The translations under genes were made by a program, and so were the position numbers. A stretch of 64,000 bases of DNA from Candidatus Peregrinibacteria bacterium (lineage in GTDB: Bacteria; Patescibacteriota; Gracilibacteria; UBA1369; UBA12463). Location of the stretch: NCBI GenBank assembly GCA_037447365.1, contig JBBIGU010000001.1, forward strand, positions 9,670 to 73,669. Direction: 5' to 3'. Below are positions 49,337 through 56,158 of the stretch, in pieces (positions within the stretch are counted from its first letter, which is position 1; every line of letters starts with the position of its first letter). A model generated the notes under the pieces. It was not told the DNA's origin. It did not search any database and saw only the letters and a list, made by a program, of their open reading frames with translations.

Positions 49337-50251
49337 ATGAAAACTTTAACACATATTACTGACGTAGGTTCATCTGCACATGATGGTGTCGATTCGAGTG
49401 AGCGAATTAGAAAACAATATTTGAGATTGGGCGTTGAGCCAAGAGTTGTAACTGCTGGTCAATCTCCTTTGCACGTTGCTTTCACTGCTTGTACTGATGT
49501 TTCCTTGAAGGCTCGGGAAAATGTTCAAAAGGTATTAGATCTACTTCAAATAAGCAAATCGGCCTTGTTGCCAACTGCACTTAATAGTGCACCAAGAAAT
49601 GTTGCTAAATCCCAGGCAAATGGACAAGAAGATTATATTTATAGGGTAAGTTCTGGAAATAAAATTGATGAAACATTTCTTATCTATGGGCCTGAAGTGT
49701 TACGATGGGTTTTGGTCTTTCGCGGTAGGGCTGGAGTGGTGGTTGAAAAAATTACTGAAATTCATGGTGTTATTCCAAATACATCGAATGGATCTCAATT
49801 TCGATCTGCTGAACATTTACCTTTAGTACATTTTCTCGAAGTGCATGGAAAGCTTTGCGAAATGTCCGAAAGACAGCCTGTCGAATTAAATGCAATTCCT
49901 GATATCTCTCCGGATGATGGTAGTGTTGTAGTTGTTCCTCCTGATGAGTATGGCAATGGGCGAATTGTAGCTAGGATTGGTACTTTCAGTGAGGTTTTAG
50001 AAAGAAATCGGATTGAAATTGCTGGAATTTCTCCGCGATCTATCGCCGTTAAAAAATCTTTGACCGAAGTTGTTCCCGGTGTGCTTTCTATTTGGCCAAG
50101 CTCAAATCATTTTCCTGATGAAACCCTTGGGGTATTAAATATTGGTACTAGATGGAGTAGTGGGTCAACAAAAACAACAAATGAAGAGGTTATTCAATTA
50201 TCGAAAAGACTCTCTAATCAAGTCGGTGAAAGGCATAGGGTTAAAACTTAA
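49337..50251 (+). CDS. hypothetical protein, 304 aa
   Basis: A long ORF with no competing frame. No recognised domain. Confidence 0.65.
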   Translation: MKTLTHITDVGSSAHDGVDSSERIRKQYLRLGVEPRVVTAGQSPLHVAFTACTDVSLKARENVQKVLDLLQISKSALLPTALNSAPRNVAKSQANGQEDYIYRVSSGNKIDETFLIYGPEVLRWVLVFRGRAGVVVEKITEIHGVIPNTSNGSQFRSAEHLPLVHFLEVHGKLCEMSERQPVELNAIPDISPDDGSVVVVPPDEYGNGRIVARIGTFSEVLERNRIEIAGISPRSIAVKKSLTEVVPGVLSIWPSSNHFPDETLGVLNIGTRWSSGSTKTTNEEVIQLSKRLSNQVGERHRVKT

Positions 50252-50414
50252 AAACTTGTGAAATCAGAAAAGTCAAATATGTTGCGAGCAGACTTGTATT
50301 AACTTTTCGAAGCATTGCTAACCCGTTCTTTATATTTTCTTATATTACGCCTTGCTTCATCCAACTATTTTTGATCTCCCGTTTTTTGCACAGAATCATT
50401 CAGTGAATCGCCGG

Positions 50415-51065
50415 TTAGGCTTTGTTCTTTAATACTTTTGCGAATCTCATGACTCCGTAGAGTATGAGTAAGCTTCCGACTGTTGTGTTTAATATTTGAA
50501 TGAGGGATGTTGGCACCGTTTTCTTTACTAATGAAAATACGATTACTGATGTTCCCATGAATAACAAGGTTGCGAGTCCTACCGACAAGCCAAATATGAG
50601 CAACTCTCGTTTTGTGTAATTATATTCAATCGCTTTTGCTGTGAATAAACTTGTATACCAAATAATAGTCATTGGGCTGGAGATGGTGAGTAGAAAAGTT
50701 GCAGAAAAGCTCGCAAGAAGGCTTGAAGACTGAATAACTGAGGTCGTTGAAATGTTTGCACCTGATACACCTTTGACAATGATCAGTCCGAAAATAACCA
50801 AGACAACTGAACTGATAATTCCGAATGCTTTTTTGATATTCTTTTTTTCGAGCAACTTCCCAATGCCAAGAATGGCGAGTGATATGTACAATACATCTAC
50901 GAGCGTAACTGCTGCTACAGCAACAAGTCCATCGTAAATCGACCTCTGCAATGCAAGGTTTATGATGAAAAAGAAAACTGGACCAATCGCCGTTTGAAGT
51001 ATCAGCCCTGTTAGTAATCCATTTGCGAATACTCTCATGGTTTTATTATAGCTGTTTTCAAGCAT
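50415..51065 (-). CDS. LysE/RhtB-type amino-acid exporter family protein
   Basis: LLTGLILQTAIGPVFFFIINLAL ... LVDVLYISLAILG and six hydrophobic segments. I chose the start at M24 (or M33 at 51038), because the track start at 51134 would read through palindromic element E1. Confidence 0.7.
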   Translation of the reverse strand: MLENSYNKTMRVFANGLLTGLILQTAIGPVFFFIINLALQRSIYDGLVAVAAVTLVDVLYISLAILGIGKLLEKKNIKKAFGIISSVVLVIFGLIIVKGVSGANISTTSVIQSSSLLASFSATFLLTISSPMTIIWYTSLFTAKAIEYNYTKRELLIFGLSVGLATLLFMGTSVIVFSLVKKTVPTSLIQILNTTVGSLLILYGVMRFAKVLKNKA

Positions 51066-51068
51066 GGC

Positions 51069-51184
51069 ATCTAACGTTTCGGCATATACGATGTTTGGTA
51101 GGGCTATAATATCGCGAAGCGGTAGCCCTGCCAAATATGGGCGGAGCGACCATCGGGAGCGTAGCTGTATATGCCGTGTTATAT
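51069..51184 (-). repeat. attC-like nested palindrome E1 (116 bp)
   Basis: The gene strand reads ATATAAC-A-CGGCATATAC ... inner hairpin TTGGCAGGGCTA/TAGCCCTACCAA ... GTATATGCCG-AAAC-GTTAGAT. It is homologous by eye to E2 and E3. Confidence 0.6.
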
Positions 51185-51192
51185 GCTGTAAG

Positions 51193-51804
51193 CTAAAAAG
51201 GACTAAATTCTCCTAATTCTAAATTATTATTTTGGGCGATAGATTCTAAATTCTTTTTAAATACATAAAAATCCTCGGCGTTTTTAATGCTCGAAAATTC
51301 TGATTTTAAAACCAGTCTTTCATGTTCATCAACATATGGGCTGACTATGCTAATTGATTTTTCTGAATATGTGATTATTTGGTTTACATAACTGTACTCC
51401 ACAATAAATATATACAAAAAAGCGATAGCGAAGATTGAAATGAAACATGTGAAATAATAACCCTTCTTAGATTTTATAAAATTTGAAATTGCAATATCCC
51501 ATTTTGATTTTTTATCCTTTACATGCGGATGATGAGTGATCAATCTTTGATATAACATTACTAAAACAAGTATAAGTATTAACATTACAAATAATGATGG
51601 AAATTCATGAAATCCATCCGAAGCTTTTTTGTATATATTGTCTTTATAGTTTAGGAATATATGACTCATCAATTCTATGGTCCATATTCCAACAAAATGA
51701 AAGACTGGTTTTAGTATCCCTTCCCATAGCCCATTACCTATAGCGCCGAGAAATAATGTACCAATTACTCCGAGGCTGTACTTAAGTGTTTTATTTAGTT
51801 TCAT
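51193..51804 (-). CDS. hypothetical membrane protein, 203 aa (cassette-like ORF E)
   Basis: AT-rich ORF with 3-4 TM segments, flanked by 22 bp inverted repeats (51178-51199 and 51809-51830). Confidence 0.65.
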   Translation of the reverse strand: MKLNKTLKYSLGVIGTLFLGAIGNGLWEGILKPVFHFVGIWTIELMSHIFLNYKDNIYKKASDGFHEFPSLFVMLILILVLVMLYQRLITHHPHVKDKKSKWDIAISNFIKSKKGYYFTCFISIFAIAFLYIFIVEYSYVNQIITYSEKSISIVSPYVDEHERLVLKSEFSSIKNAEDFYVFKKNLESIAQNNNLELGEFSPF

Positions 51805-51823
51805 ATAATTTTTAGCTTATGGT

Positions 51824-51941
51824 ATATAACGTCCGCGCATATGCAAAGTTGTTGCGCGGTATAATTTAGCGCGGAGCGCTTCACCGCGCAACAATTTGGG
51901 TGAGCGACTGTAAGGAGCGAACTGCATATGCGCTGTTAAGT
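51824..51941 (-). repeat. attC-like nested palindrome E2 (118 bp)
   Basis: The gene strand reads ACTTAAC-A-GCGCATATGCA ... inner hairpin ATTGTTGCGCGGT/ACCGCGCAACAAC ... TGCATATGCGC-GGAC-GTTATAT. Confidence 0.6.
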
Positions 51942-51948
51942 GATGTGC

Positions 51949-52383
51949 TTATTTCAACTTGATTGAACGATCACTTAATTTTGATTTTTGCCCGTCTTTA
52001 TCGGTAATAAATATATCCTCTTTCGTAATTTCAAATGTGTAAGTGTCATCTTTTGCCACGACGTGGTTTTCTGTTTTTTCAACTACTTCATATTCTTTTA
52101 GATCAAGATTTACTATCGATGATCCAGTAATTACAACTTCTCTTGCATAAAATTTTGAAGATTCACCGAATGACGAATTATCGAAGAAGTGGATGTAAAA
52201 TACTGTATTCCAGTCTTTTGGAGCCTCGTAGTTGATAGCCTCTAAGAAACCATGAGCATCAATTTCATTGAAATTCCATTTTACGTCCTTAGCAACATAT
52301 AGATTTGTCGGTTGAAAAAACAGAAAAAACACATTTGCTACGGCTGAAATTATGAGGGCAAAAATCAAAATTTTCTTATTCAT
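51949..52383 (-). CDS. hypothetical exported/anchored protein, 144 aa (cassette-like ORF D)
   Basis: I set the start at MNKKILIFALIISAVANVFFLFF (signal/anchor); the track GTG start at 52437 lies inside element E3. Flanked by 24 bp inverted repeats (51935-51958 and 52419-52442). Confidence 0.65.
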   Translation of the reverse strand: MNKKILIFALIISAVANVFFLFFQPTNLYVAKDVKWNFNEIDAHGFLEAINYEAPKDWNTVFYIHFFDNSSFGESSKFYAREVVITGSSIVNLDLKEYEVVEKTENHVVAKDDTYTFEITKEDIFITDKDGQKSKLSDRSIKLK

Positions 52384-52435
52384 ATTGTAGTTATTAGGAT
52401 TACTTTGTGAATTGCACTGTTGAAATAAGCATTTC

Positions 52436-52804
52436 ACTTAACGTTCCGGGCTAGCCGATGTTTTGCGGCGGTATAATGTCTGGGCGGAGCCCAACACCGT
52501 CGCAAAATATGGGGGAACGAGTTAAAAAAACGTTTTGAATAGCCAAATAAAAAACATGATATTTCCAGCTATAAATGCGATAAAACCGTACCCGCCAACA
52601 AGTTGCCCGAAATGATGATCTGAGTTCGAGATAGATTTGTCTATCTTTCCATAGTTGTCACTATGCACTTTAAAAATATGAAATGCACTTGCCATACTCA
52701 AAAACCCTATAATTATGAGCAATAATGATTCGACGCCATTCATGTTTTTTTATTGTTAAATAATAAGTTTTTTTAGCTCGCTCACCGGCTAGCCCGTGTT
52801 AAGT
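52436..52804 (-). repeat. attC-like element E3, expanded to 369 bp by an internal insertion carrying ORF C
   Basis: The gene strand reads ACTTAAC-A-CGGGCTAGCCG ... [ORF C] ... inner hairpin ATTTTGCGACGGT/ACCGCCGCAAAAC-AT-CGGCTAGCCCG-GAAC-GTTAAGT. Confidence 0.55.
52522..52743 (-). CDS. small two-TM-helix membrane protein, 73 aa (ORF C, inside E3)
   Basis: MNGVESLLLIIIGFLSMASAF ... GYGFIAFIAGNIMFFIWLF, preceded by an A-rich leader. Confidence 0.5.
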   Translation of the reverse strand: MNGVESLLLIIIGFLSMASAFHIFKVHSDNYGKIDKSISNSDHHFGQLVGGYGFIAFIAGNIMFFIWLFKTFF

Positions 52805-52821
52805 GGTGTGTTTGCCGGGCG

Positions 52822-53463
52822 TCATTTTTTCTTTATCACTGATGTTTCGGAATATTCCCATATTTCCTGCATGGCTTCAGTTGGCATAAGCTCATTGGGA
52901 ATCTCGGCTGGATTTTTCGGTTTAAAAAGAAGCAATTTATGTCCATCTGTATCAGGTATATAACAAAAAATCGCAGATAGCCAGCTTCCTAAAATTTTAT
53001 TGTCCTGTTTAGCTTTTTTCTCTGGGTGAAAGCCGCGTGGACCATTATATATCGTTTTTCCACCTCGTATTACTGTAATCCATGGACCGAATGCAGCCTT
53101 CAATACCATTCGTGAATCTGCATAAGAATCATCAAGAATGAGATATAAAATTTTAGGAAGTTTTGTGTCAAAATCCTTCAATTGTTTTTTTGAGCCATCA
53201 ATTGCGCCTTGAATCGCTTTGTCTATTGTAATTCGATGAACATGTTCTAAGTCACTACTTGGTGAGTATTTGATGAGTTTTATTTCTGCAAGTGCGATTT
53301 TTTGTTTCTCTCGCAAAATCCAGCCGTCGGGTATTGTACCTTTTTTATCTTTTCGAATTTTTCTTAATTTTAAACCCAGCGACGGGAAGAATTTTTTTCT
53401 CAGAAAATCTTCAGCGTATTCGCCACTTTTTTTATGCCAACTGAAGCGTTTTGTTATTCTCAT
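52822..53463 (-). CDS. hypothetical protein, 213 aa (cassette-like ORF B); weak PD-(D/E)xK-like pattern
   Basis: AT-rich ORF flanked by 23 bp inverted repeats (52798-52820 and 53471-53493). IPDGW ... AEIKL could be a PD...ExK nuclease motif (weak, by eye). Confidence 0.6.
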   Translation of the reverse strand: MRITKRFSWHKKSGEYAEDFLRKKFFPSLGLKLRKIRKDKKGTIPDGWILREKQKIALAEIKLIKYSPSSDLEHVHRITIDKAIQGAIDGSKKQLKDFDTKLPKILYLILDDSYADSRMVLKAAFGPWITVIRGGKTIYNGPRGFHPEKKAKQDNKILGSWLSAIFCYIPDTDGHKLLLFKPKNPAEIPNELMPTEAMQEIWEYSETSVIKKK

Positions 53464-53486
53464 AGATTAAGCCCAGTAAACATTTC

Positions 53487-53534
53487 ACTTAACTCAATTC
53501 TATACGAAAACATTTCGTATAGAAAACCTTAATC
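53487..53534 (-). repeat. reduced attC-like/terminator element E4 at the suf-proximal end of the array
   Basis: The gene strand reads GATTAAG-GTT-TTCTATACGAAA-tgt-TTTCGTATAGAA-TTGA-GTTAAGT. The 12 bp hairpin probably also terminates the suf operon. The GTTRRRY box is perfect; the opposite box is degenerate. Confidence 0.45.
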
Positions 53535-53554
53535 CGGCTTTAAATTCCCTATAA

Positions 53555-54085
53555 TTAAAAATTAAACAACATATCTCTCACGTCTGGTTTCATTCTATCG
53601 GGGCTCCAGGCGGGGTCCCAGACGATGACGACGTCGGCGTGGTCGATTTCGGGGACGATTTGGGGGACGAGGGTTTCGATTTGTTCGACGATCATGGGGC
53701 CGACGGGGCAGCCCATGGAGGTGAGGGTCATGGTGATGATGGCGTGGCGTTTGTTGAGCGTGACGCCATAAATGAGGCCGAGGTCGACGATGCCGATACC
53801 GATTTCTGGGTCGATGATTTCGTTGGTGGCGTCGACGATTTTTTTGACGATAGGATTTTCAGCGCACTGTTCGTCGAGAGTTTTGGTGAGTGGTTTTGGA
53901 TTTTTTTCGTGATCGATGCGCTTCTGGAGGTCCGGGCCGAAGACGGATTTTGGAGTTTTTTTGGTAGTAGGTTTTGAGGAGGTTTTTTTTGTTGGTTTGG
54001 TAATAGCTTTTTTAACAGTAGGTTTTTTGGTAACCTTTTTCGTCGTAGTTTTTGTGACTGATTTCTTGATGATTTTCTTGGCCAT
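53555..54085 (-). CDS. sufT: SufT/DUF59 (MIP18-family) Fe-S assembly protein with a Lys/Thr/Pro-rich N-terminal extension
   Basis: C-terminal DUF59: IIDPEIGIGIVDLGLIYGV ... MTLTSMGCPVGPMI. The N-terminal region of about 65 aa is KK(x)T(x)KK-type low complexity. Confidence 0.8.
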   Translation of the reverse strand: MAKKIIKKSVTKTTTKKVTKKPTVKKAITKPTKKTSSKPTTKKTPKSVFGPDLQKRIDHEKNPKPLTKTLDEQCAENPIVKKIVDATNEIIDPEIGIGIVDLGLIYGVTLNKRHAIITMTLTSMGCPVGPMIVEQIETLVPQIVPEIDHADVVIVWDPAWSPDRMKPDVRDMLFNF

Positions 54086-54086
54086 A

Positions 54087-54473
54087 TTATTGGTGTTTCA
54101 AAAGAATGAGAGCTTTTTTCAGGAGAGAATAGGAGAGGAGGGCGCATTTGACGCGGGCGGTACTGAGGGGGACGCCGAGCATTTCGTAGATCGTTTCTTT
54201 GGTGATGTTTTCGGCGTCTAGGAGGTTTTTTCCGTAGAGTTCTTCGGCGATCATCGACATGGCGGCTTGAGAAATGGCGCAACCAGAGCCTTCAAAACCG
54301 ATGTCTTTGATGACTGGATTCTTTGGGTTGGTGCTGTCGATCTGAAGAGCGAGTTTGAGTTTGTCACCGCAAAGTGGATTGGCGTCTTCGAGTTCGATCG
54401 TAGGCGTGATGATAGCGCCCTTGTGACGAGGATGTTGGAAGTGGTCGAGAATGTTTTCTGCGTACATGTCCAT
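54087..54473 (-). CDS. sufU: SUF-system NifU-family scaffold SufU
   Basis: ILDHFQHPRHKG, NPLCGD, GSGCAISQA and RVKCALL (three conserved Cys). Adjacent to sufS. Confidence 0.88.
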   Translation of the reverse strand: MDMYAENILDHFQHPRHKGAIITPTIELEDANPLCGDKLKLALQIDSTNPKNPVIKDIGFEGSGCAISQAAMSMIAEELYGKNLLDAENITKETIYEMLGVPLSTARVKCALLSYSLLKKALILLKHQ

Positions 54474-54494
54474 ACTGAGATGGTGTGAGTTGGA

Positions 54495-55757
54495 TTAGTT
54501 TACGTGAAATGTTTCGAGTACTTTTTTGATCGCGTCGATGGCTGCATCGACGTCTTCTTTTGTGTTGTAAATGTAGAAACTCATGCGTGCTGTTGAGCTG
54601 ATCTTGAGCTTCTCCATGAGAGGTTGGGCGCAGTGATGACCTCCACGAATGGCAACTCCTTCGCTGTTGAAAATTTCTGCGATGTCGTGTGGATGAACAG
54701 AAAGTCCTGGAACGGAGAGATTTGAAAGTTCAAATGAAACGATTCCGGTCATTTGTTTGGTGTCGCGTGGGGCGTGGACTACGACCTGCGGAATTTTTGC
54801 GAGTCGTGATTTTGTGTAGGCCACGAGCTCTTGGTCGTGTGCGAGGACGTTGTCGAGGCCAAGTTTTTTGAGATAGCGAAGAGCTTCTCGGAATGCGACC
54901 ACGTCAGCGATATTTGGTGTGCCCGCCTCGAACTTCCAAGGGAGGTCGTTCCAGGTTGATTCATACTGATGAACTTCGCGAATCATATCGCCACCGAAAA
55001 GGAATGGAGGCATTTTTTCGAGGATGGATTGTTTTCCGTAGAGAACGCCGACACCTGTTGGGCCGAGCATTTTGTGGCTTGAAAAAGCGAGAAAGTCTGT
55101 GTCGAGATATTGGACATCGATTGGCATATGTGATGCAGATTGCGCTGCGTCGATCAGCGTGACGGCGCCATGTGCGTGGGCAATGTCGATAAATTCTTTT
55201 ACCGGAACGATCGTTCCTGTCGTGTTACTTGCCTGCGTAATCGCGAGAAGTTTGAGTGAGCTGTCGACATTTTTTCTAAACCATTCGAGATCGAGTGTGT
55301 AGGCTTTTTCTGGGTCGTCCGAGAATGGAATTACTTTGAGAGTGGCACCTGTTTTTTTGGCTAATTGCTGCCAAGGAACGAGGTTGCTGTGATGTTCGAG
55401 TGTGGAGACGATGATCGTATCACCCGCGTGAATATTTTCGGTACCCCAAGTATAGGCGACGAGATTGATACTTTCTGTGGTGTTACGTGTGAAGATAATT
55501 TCTTCGAGTTGTTTTGCGTTGATGAACTTCCGAACTTCTTCGCGTGTGCCTTCGTAGGCGAGCGTTGCTTCTTCGGCGAGTGTGTAGACCGCGCGGTGGA
55601 TGTTCGCGTTATGTTGTGTGTAATACTTCGTGAGTGCGTCGATAACTGACTTCGGTTTTTGGCTTGTAGATGCGTTATCCAAGTATACCAAACGACGACC
55701 ATCGAACTCGCGGGCGAGAATAGGGAAGTCTTGTTGAATGGTTTTTGGATCGAACAT
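54495..55757 (-). CDS. sufS: cysteine desulfurase SufS
   Basis: YLDNASTSQKP, the FSSHKMLGPTGVG PLP lysine, and the RGGHHCAQP catalytic Cys loop. Confidence 0.93.
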   Translation of the reverse strand: MFDPKTIQQDFPILAREFDGRRLVYLDNASTSQKPKSVIDALTKYYTQHNANIHRAVYTLAEEATLAYEGTREEVRKFINAKQLEEIIFTRNTTESINLVAYTWGTENIHAGDTIIVSTLEHHSNLVPWQQLAKKTGATLKVIPFSDDPEKAYTLDLEWFRKNVDSSLKLLAITQASNTTGTIVPVKEFIDIAHAHGAVTLIDAAQSASHMPIDVQYLDTDFLAFSSHKMLGPTGVGVLYGKQSILEKMPPFLFGGDMIREVHQYESTWNDLPWKFEAGTPNIADVVAFREALRYLKKLGLDNVLAHDQELVAYTKSRLAKIPQVVVHAPRDTKQMTGIVSFELSNLSVPGLSVHPHDIAEIFNSEGVAIRGGHHCAQPLMEKLKISSTARMSFYIYNTKEDVDAAIDAIKKVLETFHVN

Positions 55758-55773
55758 TGTGTCGTGAGTGTGA

Positions 55774-56124
55774 TTATTCTGTTGGAGTTTCGAGGAGTTT
55801 TTCTTGATCTTCTGCTGGCGTTTCTGGAATATCTACCATAACCATGCCGTTTTCGATTTTTGCTGGATAGGTTTTGAGAGGGGAGACCGCTGGGAGACTG
55901 AGGACGCGTCCATCAACCATATCGAACATGGATCCATTTGGACATTCAATAATTGAACCTTCTAGGTGACCCTGAGTTAGATCTTCGTTGTCATGAGTGC
56001 ATGTTTTTTGGGTTGCGTAGATGTTGCCATTCACGTTGGCGATCATGAGATCGATGTCGTTAACTGTGAAGGCAGTTTTGTTGCCAGGAGTAAGTTGTTC
56101 GATTGAGATAGTTGCACTAAACAT
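55774..56124 (-). CDS. Rieske-fold [2Fe-2S]-like protein with an incomplete ligand set
   Basis: CTH (55993-56001) is present, but the second box reads CPNG (55933-55944) instead of CPxH. The remainder (GSMFDMVDGRV) aligns with the usual HGxxFD. Confidence 0.7.
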   Translation of the reverse strand: MFSATISIEQLTPGNKTAFTVNDIDLMIANVNGNIYATQKTCTHDNEDLTQGHLEGSIIECPNGSMFDMVDGRVLSLPAVSPLKTYPAKIENGMVMVDIPETPAEDQEKLLETPTE

Positions 56125-56158
56125 AGAGAAGGGGATAAGGGTTGCGCGTAGTATACGC

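Noticed and set aside
50414-50420. GTTAGGC (RYYYAAC on the gene strand) overlapping the LysE stop codon, as a possible further attC
   Set aside because: There is no adjacent palindrome and no homology to E1-E3. An isolated match to the degenerate 7-mer is expected by chance about once per kb per strand.
51860-51865. TATAAT hexamers conserved in the loops of E1-E3 as outward (plus-strand) promoters
   Set aside because: No acceptable -35 or TGn extension lies upstream of any copy, so promoter activity is not supported. I kept it only as a conserved motif within the element description.
53728-54282. 184-aa track ORF overlapping sufT and sufU
   Set aside because: It is an alternative frame of the Lys-rich (AAG/AAA-rich) sufT 5' region, which naturally stays open. 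Both overlapped genes have clear family signatures.
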